From: Candidatus Pacebacteria bacterium CG_4_10_14_3_um_filter_34_15
GTDB lineage: Bacteria; Patescibacteriota; Microgenomatia; UBA1400; PJMF01
Assembly (NCBI GenBank): GCA_002783105.1
Contig: PFJN01000044.1
Location: forward strand, 1-44,118
Direction: 5' to 3'
Length of the DNA stretch: 44,118 bases
Each line of letters begins with the position of its first letter. Position 1 is the first letter of the stretch. A program made the translations under genes and the position numbers. The notes under the pieces were generated by a model. It saw only the letters and a list, made by a program, of their open reading frames with translations, was not told the origin of the DNA and did no database searches. This document shows, one piece after another, positions 27,048 through 36,204 of the stretch.

Positions 27048-28022
27048 TTATTTTTCAACCCGCACACCCTCAACATTTGTTTGTACTTTTATTACTTGAC
27101 CTCCAGAACGAGTTATTGCTTCCTCAACATCTACAACTTTATTAGTTGGAGTTAACGCAATCATACAATCTCCAATTCCAGCTCCTGACAACTTAGCTCC
27201 CCACGCTCCAGCGTCGCGCGCAGCATAAATCATTGCAGACAATTTTGCACTTCCGACACCCAATGCTTCCAGCATTCCTTGGTCAAAATTCATTAGCTCT
27301 CCAACAACCGGTAAAGTTTTTGCCATAAACGCAACCTTAGTGGCTTCAACCATTTTACCAATGTGCATATAGATTGAGTCTATCAAATCTGGGTGGCGAG
27401 ATGCTTTTTCTGCAACTGCCTGTATCAGAGTTACTGTATCTGCTTTTATGCCTGTGTAACCAACAACTAAAGGCAACTCCTTAATTTCTATTGGCTCTAT
27501 CACTTTTCCCCCAGTAACAAAATATAATGTACCCCCATAAATAGCAGCCGCAACATCAAATCCTGAACCTTTTCCCTGAATATCAAGAACTGTTTGATAT
27601 GCTAAATTAAAAATATCTTTATTTGATAGTTTAATATCAAATATAACAGCTAAACCCTTAATCACGCATACTGTTGATGCAGAAGAAGATCCAAATCCAA
27701 ACTGTGATGAAAATTCTGATTTAGTCTTTATTCGAATGCCTGAATTTATCTTATATTTTTCATTAAAATTTTTAACCGCCATCTCCACAAATTTTGCACC
27801 TTTTGAGATATCTCCCAAACCTAGGTCTGTTAATGATTTACTATAACCAGTTACTCCAACATCTTCAGCCTCAAGTTCAAGTCTTTTTTCAGATATTATC
27901 TCTAGCGTAACACTAAGTCTTTGTCCTACTGCTGTCACTATGCACGGACGATTGTAAACTACGGCATGTTCTCCAAGAAGCATAAGCTTTCCTGGTGCTG
28001 AAACAGTTACTTGTTTTTTCAT
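27048..28022 (-). CDS. GHMP kinase, most likely phosphomevalonate kinase
   Basis: APGKLMLLGEHAVVY, GFGSSSA, QGKGSGFDVAAAIYGG (ERG8/MvaK2-like), KLSGAGIGDC (GDC typical of phosphomevalonate kinases). Confidence 0.75.
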   Translation of the reverse strand: MKKQVTVSAPGKLMLLGEHAVVYNRPCIVTAVGQRLSVTLEIISEKRLELEAEDVGVTGYSKSLTDLGLGDISKGAKFVEMAVKNFNEKYKINSGIRIKTKSEFSSQFGFGSSSASTVCVIKGLAVIFDIKLSNKDIFNLAYQTVLDIQGKGSGFDVAAAIYGGTLYFVTGGKVIEPIEIKELPLVVGYTGIKADTVTLIQAVAEKASRHPDLIDSIYMHIGKMVEATKVAFMAKTLPVVGELMNFDQGMLEALGVGSAKLSAMIYAARDAGAWGAKLSGAGIGDCMIALTPTNKVVDVEEAITRSGGQVIKVQTNVEGVRVEK

Positions 28023-28065
28023 AGATTATCTCCTAAATAATAATTTTTTATTAATTTGTTTTTTC

Positions 28066-28857
28066 TTAACTAAGTTTTATTGCTTTGAGTACAACTAACG
28101 GGTAATCAATTTTTAAACCATCTGAATCTTGACGTATATTAAACACTTCTTTTATGTGATCTGGCGCATCTACTATCTTTTGATTTAATTTACCTAATTG
28201 TTCCTCTGTTACCTGTTTGCTTTTCTTCCATGCACTTGTATTAACATAGCTTACTGATCTACCAAAAACCTCTGTCTTAAAACCAGCCTTTTCTAATAAC
28301 TCAATCCATTCTGATTCTGATGGAATATTACATTTTCCTTCAGTTTGTGGATTTCTGCCACTAAGTTCTTGTTTTAAAGCATGTTGAGCATTTAGCCACT
28401 CACCCGTACCTTCTGGAGATATCATGTCTGCTACAATCAGACATCCGTTAGGTTTTAAAATTCTGAATAATCCTTCAATAACTTCTGGTTGAACATCAGC
28501 GGTTAAATCCTTAATACCAAAACGCACAACAACAACATCAAATGATTCATAAACAATAGGCAATGACTGAACCTCAGCAAGTATACGTAAATTTGACACT
28601 TCTGGTGATATTTTCGAAAGCTGAGAGCCTGCAAAATCTAAACAATAATAATTAGCAGGAGATTTGTTTACCAATTCACCTGTCAACTTCCCTGGACCAG
28701 ACATAAGATCTAATACCTTTGGGTCTTCTGATGTTTCATTTAATCCTGTAGCAAGGTAAATTATTTCTACAAATGATTTATCGCGATATATTGTAGGAGC
28801 TGCATCAAAAGTACGTTTATTATATGCTTCTTTCAGATTAAAATTTTCTTTTCTCAT
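28066..28857 (-). CDS. Class I SAM-dependent methyltransferase (UbiE-like fold)
   Basis: VLDLMSGPG (motif I), CLDF, SLP...SFDVVV, FRILKPNGCLIVAD, LLEKAGF. Confidence 0.9.
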   Translation of the reverse strand: MRKENFNLKEAYNKRTFDAAPTIYRDKSFVEIIYLATGLNETSEDPKVLDLMSGPGKLTGELVNKSPANYYCLDFAGSQLSKISPEVSNLRILAEVQSLPIVYESFDVVVVRFGIKDLTADVQPEVIEGLFRILKPNGCLIVADMISPEGTGEWLNAQHALKQELSGRNPQTEGKCNIPSESEWIELLEKAGFKTEVFGRSVSYVNTSAWKKSKQVTEEQLGKLNQKIVDAPDHIKEVFNIRQDSDGLKIDYPLVVLKAIKLS

Positions 28858-28882
28858 AATAATATTTGTAAGTATAAAAAAT

Positions 28883-29779
28883 CTATTTTATTTCAATTTT
28901 GTAACTTTCTATAGTATTTTGACTTAAAAATTCTTTCAATCCATCTTTATTTGGATGATATGCCAAAATCCAACCAGAACCTTTTTTGACTCCACCCGCA
29001 CCTGTAATTTTTGCAAATCCTCCCTGATTTTCAATTTCTTTAATCATATTTTTTGCTTTCAAACTAACCACACCAAGTTTTTCTAATAATCTTTCGTTTT
29101 GAGTAAGTAAACATGGATCAAAATTTTTATCTTTAATACTCTCAATCATATTGAAAGTAACTCGGCCGATATCTTTAATTATTTTTGAATTATTTTTGTT
29201 TGATTCTACCTTTGTTTTTACAAGGCTTACCATTTCACCCGTACTTTCTTCAGGTTTTCCAGAATTAACTAAAATAAAGTCCATTTTAGAAAAACTTTTT
29301 AGCATCTTTCTTTTTCCTTTTCTAAATATTTGAACTCCCCCAAATACAACTGCAGAAGGATCAGTCCCACTTGAATTACCATGAATAAATTTTTCAGCCT
29401 GCCAAACTAAATTAAAAATTTCTTCTTCTGGTAAAATTAAATTGAAATGATTGAGCAAACATAAAAAAACCACATGTGCATATGCAGCTGAAGATCCCAG
29501 CCCAGATTTTCTAGGTAAATTCGAAGTTACTTTTATTTCCAAGTTATCTGTATTTAGATTTTTGCTTGAAAATTTTTCTTTAAAAATTTTAAAAATATGA
29601 TTCAAATATCCTGCCTTTGAATTTTTATTAACTTCTTTCGTTCTCTCTTCCACACTAGCCTTAATACCTAAGTTAATTGCAGATATTAAAGCAGGTTCTC
29701 CATAAACAACACTATGTTCTCCACTCAAAATAACTTTTCCAGATGAAAAAAAGATTTTGCTTTTTGAATTATTAATCAT
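28883..29779 (-). CDS. mvk: Mevalonate kinase
   Basis: GKVILSGEHSVVYG, SNLPRKSGLGSSAA, AEKFIHGNSSGTD, AKITGAGG. Confidence 0.88.
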   Translation of the reverse strand: MINNSKSKIFFSSGKVILSGEHSVVYGEPALISAINLGIKASVEERTKEVNKNSKAGYLNHIFKIFKEKFSSKNLNTDNLEIKVTSNLPRKSGLGSSAAYAHVVFLCLLNHFNLILPEEEIFNLVWQAEKFIHGNSSGTDPSAVVFGGVQIFRKGKRKMLKSFSKMDFILVNSGKPEESTGEMVSLVKTKVESNKNNSKIIKDIGRVTFNMIESIKDKNFDPCLLTQNERLLEKLGVVSLKAKNMIKEIENQGGFAKITGAGGVKKGSGWILAYHPNKDGLKEFLSQNTIESYKIEIK

Positions 29780-29788
29780 ATTTGTCAG

Positions 29789-30085
29789 TTATTTTTTTAA
29801 TACCAACTTAATTCCATAATTTATCAGAGAAGAATTATTTGAATCACTCACTTTTCTAAAAACAAACTCTACCTTGTCACCTTTTTTAAGCTCAATACCT
29901 TTTTCACCCATAAATTCATATCTTTCACCGTCCATTTCGACAATTGCGAAACAATAAGGAAGAAAAGACTGCAACTCTGGAGATGTTACTTCTACTCTAG
30001 TCACAAAAACTACCTCTCCTAATTTTCCAACAAAATTATTCCAATTTTTATTTTTACGCCAATAGTTAGCAGGATTAAGTAGCAT
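29789..30085 (-). CDS. DUF35-family OB-fold protein (thiolase/HMG-CoA synthase scaffold) lacking the Zn ribbon
   Basis: PANYWR, GEVVFVTRV, PYCFAIVEMDG, GDKVEFVFRK, INYGIK; 1 bp downstream of the thiolase; no CxxC pairs. Confidence 0.85.
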   Translation of the reverse strand: MLLNPANYWRKNKNWNNFVGKLGEVVFVTRVEVTSPELQSFLPYCFAIVEMDGERYEFMGEKGIELKKGDKVEFVFRKVSDSNNSSLINYGIKLVLKK

Positions 30086-30086
30086 A

Positions 30087-31319
30087 TTATTTCTCCAAGA
30101 TATGAACTACTACTGTTGCTCCGCTTCCACCAACATTATGCGCAAGTGCATATTTAAAATTCATTATTTTTTTTGATCGGTCTGTTTTAACTTTAATTCC
30201 ATTCTCAAGTAACTCTGCTAAATATGCCACTTGTTTAACTCCAGTAGCACCGACAGGATGTCCGCACGCTTTTAATCCTCCAGAAGGATTAATTAAAACT
30301 TTTCCACCAAAGGTGGTTTGCCCATCAAGCGTTGCCTGACCGCCAGTGCCTTTTTTGAAAAATCCTAAATCCTCAATCGCTAAAATTTCTGCGATCGTAA
30401 AACAATCGTGAACTTCGGCGACCTCAATATCTTTTGAGGTTAGACCCGCTTGTTTAAAGGCATCTTTTGCTGCCTTAATTGTGGCATTAAGACTAGTTAA
30501 ACTTTTTCTATTAGCCAAACTTAAAAAATCTTGAGCATGACCCATGCCAATAATTTTTGGCTTATTTTTATAGTTGACTGTTTTACCATCCAATAATTTT
30601 CCCGAATCTTTTGTACTTAAAATCACCGCACTTGATCCATCTGAAACCGGTGAGCAATCGAGTAATCGTAAAGGATCTGCTACCATCGAACTCTGACTTA
30701 CTTGCTCCAAAGTAAATAATTTATTAAAATGGGCTTTAGAATTGGTTAATGCATGGGCATGATTTTTAACTGAGACTGCTGATAATTGTTCACGTGTAGT
30801 TCCATATTTATGCATATGAGCTTTAGCTAATAATGCATACAAAGCTGGAAAAGTGCTCCCATACTCAAAATTATAGTCAGAAGCCGATGATAAAACCTTA
30901 GTTGCTTCATTAGAATTAAAATCAGTCATTTTTTCTACACCTAGAACCATTACTGTTTTATATCTGCCAGAATTTAATGCATCTTGGGCTGTAATCATCG
31001 CCAAACTGCCAGAAGCGCAGGCTCCCTCTACTCTAATAGATGGAGGAAAATGTTCAAATAATTCACTCACAACTGCATTTAAATGCAACTGATTATTAAA
31101 TATTCCTGAAGCCATGTTGGCAATATAAACTGCCTCAATTTCTTTTGGATCAAAATCGCCATCCTTTGAAACATTCTTAAGAACTCCAAAAACTGCCTCT
31201 TTTATTAAATCATTAAGTGACTTATCCCAAAGCTCACCAAAATGATCGGAGATAAATGAGCCAACTATCTTTACCGATTTTATTTCTCTAACCGCGTTTT
31301 TATCAGTTTGTTTTTTCAT
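30087..31319 (-). CDS. Acetyl-CoA acetyltransferase (archaeal/SCP2-type thiolase)
   Basis: VEGACASGS (catalytic Cys), GVEKM, DCSPVSDG, EVHDCFT, GHPVGATG, HNVGG. Confidence 0.94.
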   Translation of the reverse strand: MKKQTDKNAVREIKSVKIVGSFISDHFGELWDKSLNDLIKEAVFGVLKNVSKDGDFDPKEIEAVYIANMASGIFNNQLHLNAVVSELFEHFPPSIRVEGACASGSLAMITAQDALNSGRYKTVMVLGVEKMTDFNSNEATKVLSSASDYNFEYGSTFPALYALLAKAHMHKYGTTREQLSAVSVKNHAHALTNSKAHFNKLFTLEQVSQSSMVADPLRLLDCSPVSDGSSAVILSTKDSGKLLDGKTVNYKNKPKIIGMGHAQDFLSLANRKSLTSLNATIKAAKDAFKQAGLTSKDIEVAEVHDCFTIAEILAIEDLGFFKKGTGGQATLDGQTTFGGKVLINPSGGLKACGHPVGATGVKQVAYLAELLENGIKVKTDRSKKIMNFKYALAHNVGGSGATVVVHILEK

Positions 31320-31351
31320 AATTTTATGTCCCAACTACCTTTATGTCCTAG

Positions 31352-32410
31352 CTATTCTGTGTTTTTAATATAGGTGTGATAACTCACTTCTTTCATACTT
31401 TCAATTTGGTTTCTCAAAAATCTTTTCCAAGTTTTTCTTTTCTTTTCCAAAAGGCTGGTTGTCTCAAATGCAAATGCGTCACTGCCTGACCCAGAACCAT
31501 ACGAAACCATCAGAATTTTCTGTCCTTTTGTAGCAATATCTAAAACTGAAGATAAGGCAATTAAACTAGCTGCAGAATAAACGTTACCAATTTTATCAAC
31601 CACCAAACTTGGTTTGAGTTGTTCGGGGGTAAAACCTAAGCTTTTAGCAATCATTTTTGGGAATTTGGCATTGGGTGTATGAAAAACACAGTAATCAAAA
31701 TCTTTAGGCTTCATCTTTAAATCGGCCATAATTTTTTTGGCAGCCAAAGCAATGTGATAAAAATATGCAGGCTCACCACTAAATCTTCCAGCATGCTCTG
31801 GATACTTCATCCTTGGTCTTCTCCAAAAATCTGGGGTGTCTGTGGCAACTGAAGCTGTGCCCAATAGTTTTGCAATAATATTTTGTGTCCCTACTAAAAA
31901 CGCTGCTGATCCTGCTCCAGCCGTATATTCTAATACATCTCCTGGACGTGATTGAGCTGTATCTGATCCAATGGCTAAACCATTTTTTGAGATTCCTGAA
32001 CCAATATAAGCAAAACAGATTTGCAAAGCTTGAGTTCCAGCCTTACAAGCAAACTGTAAATCTGCCATTGATAAATTATCAGAAAGTCCAAGAGCTTGTT
32101 TTACCATTGTTCCAGTTGGCTTAACTGCATACGGATGACTTTCACTACCAATAAACAAACAACTAATGTCATTTTTGTTATTACTCTTTGAATCACTAAA
32201 AAATCTTTTAATAGCCTGCGAGCCAGATTGAACAGATATTGTTGTCGTATCTTCGTCAATCGATGGAACACTTTTTTGAAAAACTCCTAATGACTTATAT
32301 ATATCGGATCCAAATTTTTCCTGAGCTGCTTCAATATTTTTCCCTGTAACAAAATTACCGGGAATGTATGATCCATAGGAAACTATTCCTAAATCGCTTG
32401 TATTATTCAT
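31352..32410 (-). CDS. Hydroxymethylglutaryl-CoA synthase, archaeal type
   Basis: DEDTTT, GSESHPYAVKP, FACKAGT (catalytic Cys), DTPDFWRR, GEPAYF, FHTPN, GNVYS, SYGSG. Confidence 0.95.
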   Translation of the reverse strand: MNNTSDLGIVSYGSYIPGNFVTGKNIEAAQEKFGSDIYKSLGVFQKSVPSIDEDTTTISVQSGSQAIKRFFSDSKSNNKNDISCLFIGSESHPYAVKPTGTMVKQALGLSDNLSMADLQFACKAGTQALQICFAYIGSGISKNGLAIGSDTAQSRPGDVLEYTAGAGSAAFLVGTQNIIAKLLGTASVATDTPDFWRRPRMKYPEHAGRFSGEPAYFYHIALAAKKIMADLKMKPKDFDYCVFHTPNAKFPKMIAKSLGFTPEQLKPSLVVDKIGNVYSAASLIALSSVLDIATKGQKILMVSYGSGSGSDAFAFETTSLLEKKRKTWKRFLRNQIESMKEVSYHTYIKNTE

Positions 32411-32411
32411 G

Positions 32412-33659
32412 TTATAAATTTGTGGTTCGACCACGTAGATTAAAGTTGCATCTAGCTAACTTTTGATGAGCGCTCGCTAATGAATTATTGGTGAGAGCGC
32501 ATAAACCAGAAATTTCGCCTGCTAAAGCTGCAACACCTGCACAAAGAGCTAAAATTGTTGAACTGGCAAGATTATTTTCTTTATCGTTCCCAGATAAAAT
32601 TAATGATCTTGCTTGTGTTTGCTTTGGTAGCCAAGTTCCACCACCAATACTCCCCACACTGACAGTTGGCAACGTTAGAGCCACATAAAGACCGTCACCA
32701 TCTTCTTCAAAAGTTACGGATGACTCGCTACCTCCCACGACATGTGCTGGATCCTGGCCGGTTGCTATATAAAATGCAGCCAAAGCATTTGCCACATGCA
32801 TATTTTGCGCCATCGAACCAGCCACATTGCTTCCAACTAAATTTTTGGCTACATGGCTTTTGACCAAATCTTTTGCATTTACATCAAAAATATCCGCCAA
32901 AATTTCTTTTGATAAAAAAGCCTCGAGTTCAACATTGAATCCTCTGCCAAACATACGATTTAGCACAGAATCTTTTTTATCAGTACAGACATTTCCTGAC
33001 AACGAAAGCAACTTTACTTTTTTATGATCTTCCTCAATCTTATTCCAAGCATATTTAAGAGCAATTGTTACCATATTCATGCCCATAGCTTCTTGCGTAT
33101 CAAAGCTGAATCTTAAGTAAACATGCCTGCCTCTTATAAATGACTGATAAGTTAAAAACTTAAGATGTTTACTTGTGCTTTCACAATAGTCGGCAAATGT
33201 CTTAATATTTTTATTCATCCAATCAATAAATTTATAAGCCTCTAGTGTACTGTCGCATCTGAATACTAGCGCACGTGCCATACCTACTTTGTTTATCACA
33301 ACTGAAAGATTGTCGGCTAAATTAAGAGCTTTACAGCCCCTATTTATTGAAGCGACCAAAGCACCCTCAGTTGTTGCTAAAGGTATAAAAATATCATCAA
33401 TTGATGATATTTCACCTTCTTTGTTAGCATCAATAAAATTTTTAACTTTAACTGGCCCCACTAATCCAACTGGTATTTCAATACTACCAATCATGTTTTC
33501 GCAATTGCTGCTTCCAGCTTTTTCTACAGGAAAATTAATATCAAAAAGTTCTTGGAAATCTCCAACTCGAGAACTTTTGACTAGTTCTTGCCTTTTCACG
33601 ACTTTTTCAACTTCAGAAAGATTCTCATCTCTGATATACAAACTAAATTTATGGGCCAT
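32412..33659 (-). CDS. hmgA: HMG-CoA reductase, class I (archaeal/eukaryotic type)
   Basis: CENMIG, PLATTEGALVAS, AMGMNMV, LSGNVCTDKK, ATGQDPAH, GGGT, GEIS, C-terminal His (LASAH). Confidence 0.95.
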   Translation of the reverse strand: MAHKFSLYIRDENLSEVEKVVKRQELVKSSRVGDFQELFDINFPVEKAGSSNCENMIGSIEIPVGLVGPVKVKNFIDANKEGEISSIDDIFIPLATTEGALVASINRGCKALNLADNLSVVINKVGMARALVFRCDSTLEAYKFIDWMNKNIKTFADYCESTSKHLKFLTYQSFIRGRHVYLRFSFDTQEAMGMNMVTIALKYAWNKIEEDHKKVKLLSLSGNVCTDKKDSVLNRMFGRGFNVELEAFLSKEILADIFDVNAKDLVKSHVAKNLVGSNVAGSMAQNMHVANALAAFYIATGQDPAHVVGGSESSVTFEEDGDGLYVALTLPTVSVGSIGGGTWLPKQTQARSLILSGNDKENNLASSTILALCAGVAALAGEISGLCALTNNSLASAHQKLARCNFNLRGRTTNL

Positions 33660-34344
33660 AACAACTTAGTCGTAAATTTGATGTGAAATCATGCAACTTT
33701 TTTAATTCTTCAGAAAGTCTTAAATCCTTCAACATCATACAAGCCCAAGGTGCTAAAAAAACTTTTTCTTCATTAATAGTTATTTCGCAAGGAGCTGTTT
33801 TTTGTTGAAGTTCATCCAAATCCATTATTAAAGTTTGTTCGGGTGAAGCAATTGAAGTCTTAAGATTAATTTGAGTAACTAGATCATCAAAGTTGACCCA
33901 AGCAACTCTAGCAACTTCATTTTCATTAATAATAATTTTCCCGTTGTAACTCCCAACATACACTTGATCAAATTCATGCTCACCATATTTATCATTACAA
34001 TAGGCTTTATACACAAATTTATAAATTGGTTGAATTTCTCCATCCAAATCTCCATATAAAATGCCAATTTCTTCTCTTAGTCTTCTTTTAGCACAGTCAA
34101 AATAAATTTCAGAAGGTCTCAAGTTTCCACAAATAGCATTTGCCCACCAGCCAGCACCAACAATTTTTTTAGCACTTCTTTCTTGCAATAAAACCTGACC
34201 TTTTTTATTTATTAGCCATACAGAAGAACACCGGTGGAGTTTCGCAGGGTGTTCGTGGGCCTCAAATTTATCCATTTGTCCAATGGGTTCATTATCTGGA
34301 TTTACTAATAAAACTTCATCGTCATGCACTGTCGATATATTCAT
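33649..34344 (-). CDS. idi: Isopentenyl-diphosphate delta-isomerase, type 1 (Nudix fold)
   Basis: KFEAH...LHRCSSVWL, LLQERS, WANAICGN, RRLREEIG, EHEFD, NENEV, APW. Confidence 0.92.
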   Translation of the reverse strand: MNISTVHDDEVLLVNPDNEPIGQMDKFEAHEHPAKLHRCSSVWLINKKGQVLLQERSAKKIVGAGWWANAICGNLRPSEIYFDCAKRRLREEIGILYGDLDGEIQPIYKFVYKAYCNDKYGEHEFDQVYVGSYNGKIIINENEVARVAWVNFDDLVTQINLKTSIASPEQTLIMDLDELQQKTAPCEITINEEKVFLAPWACMMLKDLRLSEELKKLHDFTSNLRLSCYGP

Positions 34345-34685
34345 GATTTTTTCCTATATGCTGAGCTAAATCTAATTAGTAAATAAAATAATAATAATTG
34401 CCAATAAATACAGTAGAACGAAATAACGTTTGAAACAAAACTTAGCCAATCACAATTAATAACAACACTTTGAGAACAAGAGAAAACAAACCTAACCAGC
34501 GGAACAATCATAATTTTCCATAACACCGTAGTTACCATTAATAATAAACTTGGCAATAAAGACATCCAAACAAAAATTTTCTCCCTTACCAAGGCTTGCA
34601 TCGTTTGATATGGATGTAAAACTAATCCAACTGAGATTTGACCAAGAGAATATGTGGTTGAGAGAATTAATTTGCGTTTTTTCAT
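34341..34685 (-). CDS. Hypothetical membrane protein
   Basis: 114 aa, 2 hydrophobic segments, GLVLHPYQTM motif; ATGA overlaps on both sides. Confidence 0.8.
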   Translation of the reverse strand: MKKRKLILSTTYSLGQISVGLVLHPYQTMQALVREKIFVWMSLLPSLLLMVTTVLWKIMIVPLVRFVFSCSQSVVINCDWLSFVSNVISFYCIYWQLLLFYLLIRFSSAYRKKS

Positions 34686-34858
34686 ATCAACTCCACCAAA
34701 ATTGTTGATAAAACAGATAATATTAATAATGTTTGCCAGGAATGTATCCCAATAAAAGAAGTAATTTCATCCAAAAATTCTGGAAAAATTCTTTCCTCAT
34801 TCAGTTTTTTTTGAGTTGTTGCTTCTTTTTGCAGTTCTTTTAAAAAATCATTTTTCAT
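34682..34858 (-). CDS. Small single-TM protein (58 aa), possible anti-sigma factor; absent from the ORF track
   Basis: Hand translation MKNDFLKELQKEATTQKKLNEERIFPEFLDEITSFIGIHSWQTLLILSVLSTILVELI*; fills the gap after the sigma factor; its TGA overlaps the next ATG. Confidence 0.8.
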   Translation of the reverse strand: MKNDFLKELQKEATTQKKLNEERIFPEFLDEITSFIGIHSWQTLLILSVLSTILVELI

Positions 34859-34874
34859 CGTTATATTTATCTGT

Positions 34875-35393
34875 TTATTCCACCCACAGACACCTGAATT
34901 CTCGTCTTGCCCTAAAAAGATCTGACTCTACTGATTTGATGCTTTTCCCCATCTCTTTTGCGATTAATGACACCTTTTTTCCATCAACATACTTTAACAT
35001 TAAGAGTTCCCCATAATTACTCTTCATATTTTTTAACACCAATTTTACTTTTTGAGATACTTCCTCAGAATTATCAATATCGTCTAACATTAGCAAATCA
35101 GAAAGATGCGTGGTTATTAGAGCTTTTTTTGCGTATTTTTTTCTAAAATAATCAGCAATTTCATGTTTCGCAATCGAGTTCATCCATGTCCAAATACTAC
35201 ATTTACCTCTGAAAAGAGGTAAATGTCTTAGACAGTTTAAAAAAGTTTGTTGAACTATTTCTTCAGAATCTTGTTTATTTGAAATTTTTCCAATCACCAT
35301 TGTCACTAATCTATTTTTGTACATTTTAAACCAATAACTTACTGCTCTTGAGTCACCATACTTAAGTTTAGCTAATAGCATTTTTTCTTCCAT
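34875..35393 (-). CDS. ECF-type RNA polymerase sigma-70 factor
   Basis: Region 2 DSEEIVQQTFL...FRGKCSIWTWMNSIAKHEIADYFRK; region 4 LKYVDGKKVSLIAKEMGKSIKSVESDLFRARREFR; no region 3. Confidence 0.92.
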   Translation of the reverse strand: MEEKMLLAKLKYGDSRAVSYWFKMYKNRLVTMVIGKISNKQDSEEIVQQTFLNCLRHLPLFRGKCSIWTWMNSIAKHEIADYFRKKYAKKALITTHLSDLLMLDDIDNSEEVSQKVKLVLKNMKSNYGELLMLKYVDGKKVSLIAKEMGKSIKSVESDLFRARREFRCLWVE

Positions 35394-35415
35394 ATACTAT
35401 ATAATATCATTACAT

Positions 35416-35796
35416 ATGTCTTTTAAGTTAATTTCAACCGTTTTTGCAGAAGAAGCAAGCCCTTGTGGAGCAGGAGAAGGTGGTGGAATTAATCTAGGAG
35501 ATTGTCTCAAACTAAGTGATAGCACAAAAATAAGTGAAGTTTACGATACTCCAGCCACTTTAATTGATATTATTATTAATAATATGTTTCCTATTACTGG
35601 AGTAATCATATTTTCGATGCTATTCTTAGCAGGCTTTAAATTTATTACCAAAGGAAAAGAAGGCATAGAAGACGCAAAAAAGATTGTAACTACAACTCTA
35701 ATTGGATTTTTAGTAATGTTTTCCGCTTATTGGATTGTTCAAATAATTTCCTTATTAACTGGAATAAATATACCTGGAATAGGTGCAGACTATTAA
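35416..35796 (+). CDS. VirB2/TrbC-like pilin
   Basis: Short leader (..TVFA|EE), Cys pair, TM-AGFKFITKGKEGIEDAKKIVTTTLIGF-TM. Confidence 0.82.
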   Translation: MSFKLISTVFAEEASPCGAGEGGGINLGDCLKLSDSTKISEVYDTPATLIDIIINNMFPITGVIIFSMLFLAGFKFITKGKEGIEDAKKIVTTTLIGFLVMFSAYWIVQIISLLTGINIPGIGADY

Positions 35797-35798
35797 TT

Positions 35799-36194
35799 AT
35801 GAAAAGTTTTCAATTGATTAAATCAGTATTTGCTCAAGGTGAATTTGATGCTCTTATTGGTGACGTAAGATCACCAGCTGGGGTAGGCACAATAAATATT
35901 GAATCTGGAGGCAGTGAAAATAGCATCGGTATACTTCTGCTTGTCTCAAGACTTTTAGGAATTGTAACTGTTATTGCCAGTGTTTGGGTTGCGGTAAACG
36001 TTATTTATGCCGCATACACATACTTGACTGGTGCAGGAAAACCTGCAAATCATCAAAAAGCAAGCGATATTTTAACAATGAGTATTATTGGCTTAATTCT
36101 CATTGTCAGTACTTATACGTTTGCTGGATTAATTGGATTGTTGTTTTTTGGAGATGCTGCGGCAATTATTAATCCGACAATTGCGCCAATTTAA
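35799..36194 (+). CDS. VirB2/TrbC-like pilin
   Basis: ATG 2 nt after the previous stop; leader MKSFQLIKSVFA|QG; TM-AAYTYLTGAGKPANHQKASDILTMSIIGL-TM. Confidence 0.82.
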   Translation: MKSFQLIKSVFAQGEFDALIGDVRSPAGVGTINIESGGSENSIGILLLVSRLLGIVTVIASVWVAVNVIYAAYTYLTGAGKPANHQKASDILTMSIIGLILIVSTYTFAGLIGLLFFGDAAAIINPTIAPI

Positions 36195-36204
36195 GAACAA
36201 AAAT

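Noticed and set aside
27048-29779. Two redundant mevalonate kinases and a missing phosphomevalonate kinase
   Set aside because: Both have GEH in motif I, but 27048-28022 carries QGKGSGFDVAAA and GAGxGDC typical of phosphomevalonate kinases, while 28883-29779 has the MVK-type HGNxSGxD.
31323-31348. 9-bp direct repeat TTTATGTCC between HMGS and thiolase
   Set aside because: Too short to distinguish from chance or a trivial local duplication in AT-rich DNA.
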